From: Phoronis australis
Lineage: Eukaryota > Animalia > Phoronida
DNA: 64,000 bases
Direction of reading: 5' to 3'
Assembly (NCBI GenBank): GCA_002633005.1
Contig: NMRA01000027.1
Coordinates: forward strand, 657,265-721,264
Shown: in pieces, positions 13,301-30,487 of the stretch
Layout of the letters: each line of letters opens with the position of its first letter
Position numbering within the stretch: the first letter of the stretch is position 1
Made by a program: the position numbers and the translations under genes
Notes under the pieces: model-generated
The model's database searches: none
What the model was told of the DNA's origin: nothing
The model's input: only the letters and a program-made list of their open reading frames with translations

Positions 13301-16300
13301 CGCCAACTTTCCTTCTCAAGACGAGCCACATAGGAAATCGTGATCCTAATCCGCAACGACGTAGTAACGATTTCTTCATCCCTCAAGTCTCTCTGCCTTT
13401 CGAAATGTCATCGGGGATTTTATTAAGACTTGCCGATATATCTCTTGATGCATGATAGCGTATCATGCCAGAAATTGCATTAAGTCTGAAATTCATCCCC
13501 TTAAATGAGCATGCTGATCGCAGACCATCGATTTGTGACCACTCGATGAGTCAGGAAAGGCTAATCCGATTTAAGGCTGCGAAAACTCACTGTATACAAA
13601 TGGTGCGTAATGATGTCCTGTTGTGATCTGTTGCCGAGTCTCACTGTCGCTAAATTTACTAAAAATGACCACGTGACCAAGCACGTGAAGCGGGATGGCA
13701 CTATAAAACGTGCATGTTTTTGGAATATCAGTTACTTTAAAAGCACTTTAAATGTGGTATGGGAAATTACAATATTTCGTCAAAAATTCTCTGGTGTTCA
13801 CTAAAAATAGCATTAATGTTTATCCGCTTTTACGGGTTAAAACTCGCTTTTCATTCATATCATGTAAATATCTGAAATCGATTGTTACCGTCAAACAGAG
13901 ACGTGAAAAGTGTTCAATCTTTTGAATCTATTAACATACGTTTTCACAACTAAATAAAGAACTACACGCCGATCTGCTGCTGTTCACCGGCTTGGAACAA
14001 ATGGGCAACTCCCATAAGACACCGAGATTTAGCTCCGCCCTCGTAACAACTCAGTGTTGCAAGCCTACACGCCAATATACCAGGGAGCATTTGTCAAGCG
14101 GTGTTGAAAGGCTGCAAAATTGAAATGTTTCGACTTTTATTATCGAGTGAATTCCCATTAGTTAATGATGGAATTAAAAGAAATACCCAACTCATATTGT
14201 CAATCGAGTAGTATCACATGATATTAATATCTCTGCAATCGAATCGCCAAGGCAATAGTTTTTACTTAGAACAATTAAGAGAAAATGACGTTTTAATTTG
14301 TCCAATCTTCCATTGCATTACCGCTTTGCGTGATCACATTTTTTCGCTCTCACATAAAAATCAATTATTGTTTTGCCTTTGGAAGTAGACGAGTTAAATG
14401 AAGATGATAGTAAACCTTTATGATAGCACGTTCCCTTGACTTTAATCGAGTCGACTTTAATTTGCGTAATGAACAACAGAGATGTCGTTATAAATGAGAA
14501 ATGATTGAGATCTCAGAAGCGAGAGATTGTGTGGATAATGGCCTTAATACGGCAGAGGTCGTGTTGCTTGAAAAATGGGATGTTGGATTGGAAATGATTG
14601 ATATCAAACGCGCGCTAATAGACGCGAAAATAACAGAGTTTTCAGTATGACTGTAATAAACAAAGTCTTTCCGTTTTGCGTGACCATTACGAGTCAGGCT
14701 GTGTAGAAGTGTTTCTGTGTATCATTTAGTTCTTTTCATATCAGGATGAAGAATTTTGGAAATTTTGGACATAGAGAAAACATATTATTTCTGTTACCAT
14801 GGAAGTCATATTTGTGGCATCGCACCGAGATTTTAAACATGTTAGGCGGATGTAGGTCAGACAACCATAAGCTTGAAATTCAAAGTAAAGTGGTGAACAT
14901 CGCAAAACGTGTGGTCACGCTCACTTCTGGAAGGACAACATAATACAATGGTTTGAGCACCGTACTTTCATTTCTGAGACCCTAGAAAAAGTCTAGTGTT
15001 CGCTAACTGATTGTAAGCGTAACACTATTCACGCCTTGCCATCATGTCCTCGGAGTTACACTTATGCATTCAATGGCTTCATGGACAGCGGGCTTGATCG
15101 GACACAGATGACCTACACTCGTTAAAAAATCCGTAAAAGGTGAACTTAAACTATATTGGGGACATATCATTATCATATCATTATCATTGTTATTTCTAAC
15201 ATGCTTTTGTACTAGTTGGATTTTTAAACCCCGAGTTTACAACTGAGCTGTGCCATGACTACATATTACAGCGCATGCGCCCATATCCGAAATAATAAGT
15301 TTTTCAAAGTTAATTTTTTGCTCAAGTGTTTAACGTGGAGGCGTGTCTTTAAAACTGCGAGTCACCGGCCAGCAAGTTGGTAGAATTGAAGACGCGCGAA
15401 TAATAGTGTTTTCGAATCAATTTTTACGAGTAAGAACGGAATAAAAATAAGCAGAGCTTAAAAGTTAATTTTGGATGTGCTTATGTTGCATAGTAAATCG
15501 AAAACTATTTTTACTTTTGAAAATAAGGATAGTGATTAAGTAAATGTTTATTCGTATCAAAACATTTACTTTGCACTGAGTGAAAACTTCCACGAGAAAT
15601 TAATTCGCGACTTAATGTTATTCAATTAGCGTTCACAACCATAATTGATTAAAGGTATTAACTAAAAAACCTTAATCGTTATTTGCAATGTAAATAGCAT
15701 CTAAGATATTTTACATCTTTGACATTTTGATCGTTGAGTAGTGCTAGACGGACGATTAACGCAGTGTCCGCTAGATAACAAAAAGCTCCGTGTTTGACAA
15801 AGAAACCGCTGACGCACGCCAGAAAATCAATCTCACTTGTTGCTTGAACCCAGTTCGATCTTAGTTTTTACTTTTCCTGGATAAATGGACAACTATCTTG
15901 GTATAAAAGCACGATCAATAGCCATGACTTGTTGCATTGAAAGTGCACGCTCGTTGTTAATTTTCACCGGTAATTCAAAATCTATTAACAGGCGTTTGTT
16001 TAGTGGCATTATGTTACGGGCGTTCTGGTAATGTGCTTGTTCGTTTAGGATCAAGTTTTGTTTGCATGGCATTCGACACACTTTTGAACGATAAGTCACT
16101 AATCAAAAATAAAGAAGATTTATTTACTTATTTTAATTGACATTGTTTGTTCGCTGAACTTGTATACAGATTACCTGTAAGAATAAATGATTAATTTTAA
16201 TTTTAGTAATACCGTATCAAATATACGCATAAGAAATAGAATAAAATAAAATAAAATTAAGAAAATGAATGATGAAAATTACATTATTACACCCACGTAA

Positions 16301-17164
16301 TATTTTGCTGGAGTGACTTGCAGTTAGAGTGTGTATATCCAAAAACGAATTAAGTTAACCACATAGCAAGTGCGCATGCCTGAATTTTTCTTATTCCTCA
16401 TCAGTTTCCGGTCAGTTAACTGCACATAAACCAGTGTTTTATGTTGCGAAATATACACTGAATAACACACATATATTGACACAACAACACTGAAACGTAC
16501 TCTTCAATAAAATGTGCATTGATACGACAGTATTGAAACTATATTGTTACTGACGTTCATCGTGGTCAGTATGATGACTTCATTATCACGTTTTTGGGGT
16601 CTGAAAACCAACATATTGACCGGGAGTGAAAAGCGATAATTGTGTTATCATATGATTACATCCGCTAAGCAATTCAAGGAAGGAGTCTTAGTTTAGGATT
16701 TCGATCGTACATCGAACACTCGTTCGGTCAGTCAGCTACCAAATTTTTACTCAAAACGTGGAAACATTTTGAAAAAACTCGCAGGAAATACTCGGAATGG
16801 AAAAAGGAACAATCCGTCATAGTTTGTGAAATATATTATGTTTTGGAAATATGCAACGGCCGTTTTTAGTAAAATTATCTACAAACATCATTTGGTTATA
16901 TCGATGGCACGCAAGCTGCATTATAACACACTCAAAGTGCACGCGCTTACTCCCCCCAAATCACACATTTTGTACAATATCGTAATGGTGGGAACTGCTA
17001 TGCTGTGATACAAGTTTGCATTCACCTGGTTGTTTATATTTTACGGTTATTAAAAACAAATGTGACGTCAGAGTCCGGGTGAAATAAAAAGGCTCGAGAC
17101 TTTTCGAGTTCGGTGACGTGTTGGTGGCGCAGTGGTCAAGTCGAGGTTTGTAAAAAGACCCATG

Positions 17165-17730
17165 GGGTCTGTTTCATGAAAAGTGACTTAGACGTAGGAC
17201 AGATGTAGAAATTCGGTCTTGCGCTCCACACAACTATTACTGAAAAATAATTAAATCTCACTTGAGCAAATGTGCAAAGTCTCTGAGAATACACACATAT
17301 CTGCTAGATGCTGAAATAATTTCTATAAATTAATTCTAGAGTGTGATGCGCTTATATTACCTGGCTAACCCTTTTTCAACAATTGTGTAGTGGGATCGTA
17401 AGACCAAATTTCTGTCTTAAGTCTGACGTCACGTTCATGATGCGGATCCCTGGACTTGTTTCATGATAGCGATTTTAGACTTTTAGGTCTAAAGAACAGA
17501 AATTTGGTCTGACGCTGCCACTTCACAATTGTTGAAAACTTTAGCTAAATAATAAAGAGCGCATCACACTCTAGAAATAATTTATTAAAATTATCTCAAT
17601 AACTAGGAGCTATGCGTATGTTTTTGCAATTTTGCGCTAGTGAAATTCAATCATTTTCGGACATTGTTGCGTGGAGTGCAACACCAAATTTCTGACTTAC
17701 GTCTCAAGTCACTTTTAAAGAAACAGACAT
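17165..17730. mobile_element. Two ~280-bp MITEs of one family, adjacent and inverted (PIF/Harbinger-like), forming a ~570-bp palindrome
   Basis: The left unit (17165-17449) has its own TIRs, GGGTCTGTTTCATGAA...TTCATGATGCGGATCC. The right unit (17453-17730) is its diverged reverse complement, e.g. TTCTAGAGTGTGATGCGCT vs AGCGCATCACACTCTAGAA. Flank and junction triplets are ATG/CTG/CAG, resembling a CWG target. Confidence 0.8.
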
Positions 17731-17939
17731 CAGTTTCAAATCTTCATGAAGTAAGTGCGACTTCAAGAAAAATTATAAAACAGTTTGAAACAGTGTTGCC
17801 ATAGTAGCGGCCAACAATGCGATTTATCGACTCCGAAATACTGGTTTATGACTCCATAATCTATTGCACTTGAATAACACAAATTCATTAAATTGAAAAC
17901 ATTAAAAAGCACTTTAAAACCGCACGCATATTTTAATAA

Positions 17940-18171
17940 AAGAATATTGAAACATTCACTTTCATGACACATTCATTGATACAAGAATATTGAAACATTC
18001 ACTTTCATGACACATATTCATTGATACAAGAATATTGAAACATTCACTTTCATGACACATTCATTGATACAAGAATATTGAAACATTCACTTTCATGACA
18101 CATATTCATTGATACAAGAATATTGAAACATTCACTTTCATTGCACATATTCATTGATACAACATTGAAAC
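17940..18171. repeat. Tandem repeat with 43/45/43/45/45-bp units
   Basis: Units AAGAATATTGAAACATTCACTTTCATGACAC(AT)ATTCATTGATAC start at 17940, 17983, 18028, 18071 and 18116. Confidence 0.95.
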
Positions 18172-21100
18172 TTCCTTTCCCATCGTTAGTGCATGCGTAC
18201 TAAACTGAACGCAACACGTGTGCCAAGTAAGCCAGTGAAATTGTACGTGTATTTGCTACTTTAGCAATGAAACTAAAACCGTCAAATTTTGGAAGGGATG
18301 TCCAGATCTTGTGCCTTTCTGAAGCGTGTTTTTGGTTATGAGGATTCTAGATGATCTTGTGGCAAAGGTGATGCAGTTTTGGCATCACACGGACACACTG
18401 AGGAAGTTTTCTGTACTGGTCGAAACGTCGAACCGTTGGACCATTATTGCTATCTCAATTATTCTCCTGTCTTCAAGGTCTTCTTCATTCGGTGAAAGTT
18501 GTCCACAAGACAGGTGAAACATTTGGCCGAGAGGTGCATGAGAAGACGTTAAAAGTGCATGTATTGTCGGTTTTAGACGGCTACTTTCGCAGCTACCTAA
18601 CTCATTAAGACTTTTCTAGTATATAATACGAAAAACTGTTGGCTTACTACAGGGAAATGTAGGAATCCGGCACAACGCGATGTGGTTGAGCAACATTTCC
18701 CACACGTCCCCTGCCTTTATTTTAACATTCATGTCTAATAATGAATATTAATATTCTATAGATCTATGAGAGCCACAAATACTTCTCGAACAAGTTCCGG
18801 TTTTACATAATATTGTTGTCATTATGTCTGCAGAATCTTCAAAATAACCTCTGACCTTTGTCAGTTCGAGGGGTCCATGACCACCCAGCCACCTTCTAGA
18901 ATCGCAAACTTAACGACAGTGCCTGGTTACGGTTTAGTGGCCTCGTGACATTTTACTATTTAATGTTGTAAAATCCTATTTTGTTCTTAGTTAATACTAA
19001 GAAGATCATAATATCCTGCGTATCAGGAGCACTTTGTTTAACTTAAATATCTCCCGGAAATGTCATTCCTTATTAGAACTAACCTCCTCATAGCGCAGTT
19101 CGTTTTCTTGAACTATCAAATACGCGCCATTTTTTTTACATATTTTACGATTTTTTAGATATTGTTTTTACTCGATTTTTCATTCCACAATGGCACGTGT
19201 GGAAAGTACACGACAACATGTTTGACTTCTCAACATTTGAAAAAATAAGTTATCGTGTAAACGTTAACAATGGCTAGTGATCTGGGTCTCCCAGCTCTGC
19301 ACAGACGAAAATGAGACGAGTGAACACATTAATGGAATTGAAAATCAATGCCGTTGCATTATTCCATGAAATTATTTTAGCACGAGTCTTATCGGAGTTT
19401 TATAACCGTTACTTATGTATGTGAGTTCTTAAGCGTTTTGTGTGAAATCAAAATAGTGCAATTCTTATTAAACGATATTCTTGTCCTCCCATATGGCTAT
19501 TGATATCCTCAGTCTTCTAAAAGCATCGCACGTAAGCATAAATGATTTGATTTTTTTGTGAATTTTAATTAAAAATTTATTGTTGATTAAACGTGTGAAA
19601 CAAAGGCAGTAGTTGTAGACGCGAACTTTGAGTTTTGTTTCAATATGTTGTCACCTTTAAGTTGTGATAAATACAAGTGTCACCCTGTAATTAAGCACAG
19701 TGCACATCATTTACTAATTCTGGTGCTCATTAAAGACTGTCAAAAGTGTTGAAATGTTTTTAAGACGAGTTCGTTCAACCCCATCCGTCTGCGGCGCTGT
19801 ATGTCATTTCAAATTTCTTGCGTAAGCGGATTTTTGGTTCGCTCGAGCATACCTGCACATGTGTAAAGCATTGTCTAATGTACAGGTAATTATCAACTTA
19901 CTACACATCTGTGAGTTTCGACACTATTTTTAATGACCGTTAATTGGCGATGTGTTACTATTTCAGAGGCGCGCTCGTTAGCCGAGCGCAGGTTTACGCG
20001 TGAAAAACAAGCGCTCGTTAACACGGCGTTTGTAACAGAGGCAATAAGGAACTGTGTTTGCAGCAAAATAGCCACGTAACTAGCCGCTGACAAGGATGAA
20101 CAAGCGGTGTTCCCACGATAATACAGCTCTGGGAGAGTTGGTGATGGTACTCATTAAAACGGAAACACGTAGCGCGTAGTAACATGCGGGAAACAGCTAT
20201 ATATATCGGGTTACTGTATTTAAGACAAGGGCATGAAAAATGTATGCTAAATGTATGAGAAATGATTAATCGTGTATAATTCAAAGAGGCTTTGCCAGGC
20301 AGGTGAAGCGCTGTAAAGAAACGAATAAATTCTTACGGTAGAATCTAAGCAGCCAGACGAAAAAAATGCAGAAGTTTATACATTTTTGGAACGCTTCAAA
20401 AGAAGCTTTAGCTCTTCCTTGTAACTTCGTCAGAAGAAAAGTGTCCAACCTAACCGGCTGTGGACATATGAAGAAAAGTAATTTCAAATCGTGCACTCTT
20501 TTGCAGACTGTTGAACGAATTCAAAACTATTACTATTAGTACTCCGTGTAAATTTCATTGGCGTTTTTAAATTATGTTTGCAGTGTAGAATTGCGAAGTA
20601 ATCCTGCATCTCTATTTTCAGCTGCTTTTGGTCAGCTGTCTCCAGCCGTCGCATTTTGCCGTCATACGTGGAAATCACCAACTTTCTGATGTTACCCAAA
20701 GTAGTCACCGTTGCCTCCACATAATCTTCATCAATTTGTCGATAATGAGCAAACATTCTGCTCTAACTATCCATCCCTGTCCTCTTCAATTTCACAACAA
20801 AAGGCGGCCATTGTAATGCATGCTTTCACAGGTTTTGCTCCCTCTTCTCGTGGTGTCGTAAGATGGCGCAAAAAGACAAGTTCAAGTAGGCTACTACTTG
20901 ACTGGTGGATATTCATGTGATGTTTAATCGTTGATTGGACCACCCGACTGCACTGAAACATCAGGAATAACACAAAATTCGCCCCAAAAGACTAGAATCA
21001 CGAAAAAGTTGCGCAAGTTAATTAAAACAGCGAGAAGCACGTGTTGGTGCCGCCTAGTGTTGTATAAGAACACAACACGTTCTCTCTAATATGTCTGCAT

Positions 21101-22759
21101 AAAAATGAAAAAAAAGACAACAGGATTTGAACTCTGACAGGGGGATCCAGGTGGCGCGAGGGTCGTAAATCTACGGCCTGCACCACAACTCTCTCGTAAC
21201 GGAGGCATTTTGTAGTAAACCAACTCCCTTTCATTCTTATTCGTTTAAAAGTGAGTGATTTGATTACATTTTGTTTGTGAGAAAGCAGCTCTGACTACAC
21301 AACAAGGTTTCCTTACACAAAGGTGTCAGTTATACGATACTCTAAAATCATTAAAGATGAACATCTTGTGTGTATTCAACGAAATTAACAAGTGTAACGG
21401 GTGGTGGAATAGAATTTTGATATTGTGTTTTTACAGTGTTGGTTTAAAAGTTATTTTAATGGAGAATGGTTTCTTATTAATGCCCGGTGAAATTTATCCA
21501 GACCGCTTTACTTGCGACCTCCGTGCTAGCACTGGGCACAAAAGCGCTCTGTCGTATCCCACTGTTTTCAATTGTAAACTTGGGGACAGTAATAACGCAT
21601 TCTAGTCAATCTTCCACCACTTGGCACCATTATAGGCTAAATGGGGTACTATAAGTATATATTGCTTGGCCTTACTTGTGTCAGAATTCGAGCTAATTTA
21701 GCCTGTTGTGTCGAGAGAATAGAAATTACCCAAGTTTGTTTAGAAATTCTTCCTGGATAATTTCATTGGCCTTTGTTCTGACATAAAACCATGACTAGAA
21801 GGGTGGTGATTAACAAAACCAGCTTAAGCAAATCTTATTATATCTTTTGTTTCCTATAGCCGAGCCATTGTTGTATCTAATGTGTTTATCGTCACTTGTT
21901 TCCTTGATCAGCTAACAGCAGTGGAGGGGTTTGTCCTAACTCCTGTTCACAGCAAGAACAACAGTCGGTACTACGAATGGTCCCTATTAATTAAATTAGA
22001 AATTCGTTATCCTCGGAATAAATATGACCTGGAAACTGCAATGCACATTCCTGAGAAATGGGTGATCACGTGACTTTTGGTGTTCAGCTCTGAAAAAATG
22101 CATGCATTAAAAGAGAACGTTACGTTTTCAAATTTTGTCCATCTTTCAGATTCAACAACTCTTTAAACATTAATTTTCAATTTATTAAAATATTTACTGA
22201 CAACTAACATCACTTTCCAAAAAATATAGTTATACTCGGAAAGGATACAATCCGGTGACTTAAACTAATTGATAATTTAAAGCGTTTAGTTACTACCCCT
22301 AATCCACTTACGTTTGTGTGGCATTTACGAAACGTTTTTCTATTTGGCGAGTTCTTACGGGACATTGGTCGCGATTAATAGGCAATTCTTTCGGAATAAC
22401 TAATGGACACTGAAAACCGCCTTAACATTTATCAATCGCGTCATTTTCAAGCAAGCGGGGATTTGTTAAGTGTCTGTGTCTCTACCTAACTATCAAGGGA
22501 AATCAAGGTCATTAGATATCTGAAGAAATTGTGCCGTTTAACATTGGACATAAGGCGTCTTGTCTGCTTAGTGGCATATATTGTGTTCCCCGAAACTATT
22601 TCAAGTTTTTAAACATGCTAAGTTAAAGTTGTTAATTGACATTTTGGCAGGTTAAGACTGAAACAAAAAAATAGACACACCATGTTGACCAAGTATCGTT
22701 TAGGTTGGTTTTACTGATCTTGTAGCACATGTGTTTGTCTGTATAACGAGTATTATTTG

Positions 22760-22920
22760 ATTGGAGAATTTGACGTTGATTGACATTGTTGCTATAGAGA
22801 ACGGTGAGTGACTGATCAACCAACCAATAGCGAGGCAAGCATAGGTAATTGATGAAGCATGATACGTTAACGGCGGTAGGCAGATCTTATAAGTTGATCT
22901 AACCCTCCCAGTCGTTTAGT
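22760..22920 (+). promoter_or_regulatory. Six3/6 core promoter: CCAAT boxes, TATA-like element and initiator
   Basis: ATTGG at 22760-22764, Sox-like CATTGTT at 22784-22790, CCAAT at 22824-22828 and TGATAC at 22860-22865. TATAAG lies at 22888-22893. The Inr-like TTAGT at 22916-22920 has its A (22918) exactly 30 nt downstream of the TATA T, implying a ~57-nt 5' UTR. Confidence 0.65.
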
Positions 22921-22971
22921 ATACTAATAGAGTCGTTACTGCAAGTCGAATCAAAACACACATACTGGTGA

Positions 22972-29805
<6,834 letters not shown>

Positions 29806-29983
29806 AATGTTGCAAAAGCATAGAGCTGAACAAAAGAGAAAATCAATGGAAGGCGAAAACAATAATATTTTAGATTCATCTACGGAGTCCAAAATGCTAG
29901 ACTGTAAAGACGACGATATAAGCAGTATAGGTTCTCCCGTAAGTTCATTCGCAGACGAACCTTTGTCGCCTGGTTCTCCGTGA
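29806..29983 (+). CDS. Six3/6: Six3/6 coding exon 2 (C-terminal tail RMLQKHRAEQKRKS...EPLSPGSP*)
   Basis: A branch-point-like TACTCAC (29781-29787) is followed by a polypyrimidine tract and TTTTCAG acceptor ending at 29805. The phase-2 join AG+A restores Arg and opens a frame to TGA at 29981-29983. The spliced CDS is 650+178=828 nt, or 275 aa. Confidence 0.88.
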
Positions 29984-30477
29984 TCGCAGGCGTCTGTCTA
30001 ATCATCTTCGAATCAAAGATCAGGCAGTCACGTGATGAATGCTGAAGAGGTAAATTCAAGAGTGTCAAAATGGAGAACATTTTCAATATGGCGGCTGCTG
30101 TTCCCATCATAGCCACCACGAAGTGAGCGAATACAAAGGAACTTATATTGGTCAAGTTTTCAGTTTGACCATAGCACCGTAAGCGGGTGACCAGTGCACA
30201 AGTGCAATCATATCTATACCATAATGAGTAAAATGTGTTATTTTCTTAGAAGTTTAAACTACACAGTGGGCATTTGTTCACAAATTAGCTTATGCAAATC
30301 GCATGCACAATTTATGAATAATTGTAAGATCTATTTAGCAGTGGTGACTTCAACTCTTTCGTCTGCTAGAGGAATAGTTTTGTAAAATCACAATTGTCCC
30401 TGTTTAGAGCCATGTGAATCGTTATTGATTTGTTTATTAATGTTTATTGTACATCGTTACTTACCATAAGGTAAATT

Positions 30478-30487
30478 AATAAATAAA
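30478..30487 (+). terminator. Probable Six3/6 polyadenylation signal (overlapping AATAAA pair)
   Basis: AATAAATAAA lies ~500 nt after the stop, with an upstream TGTA element (~30448) and a T/GT-rich tract downstream. An alternative AATAAA lies near 30936. Confidence 0.55.

Noticed and set aside
30262-30288. RSS/Transib-like CACAGTG...ACAAA
   Set aside because: The spacer is 11 bp, the nonamer match is poor, there is no partner end, and it lies in the 3' UTR.
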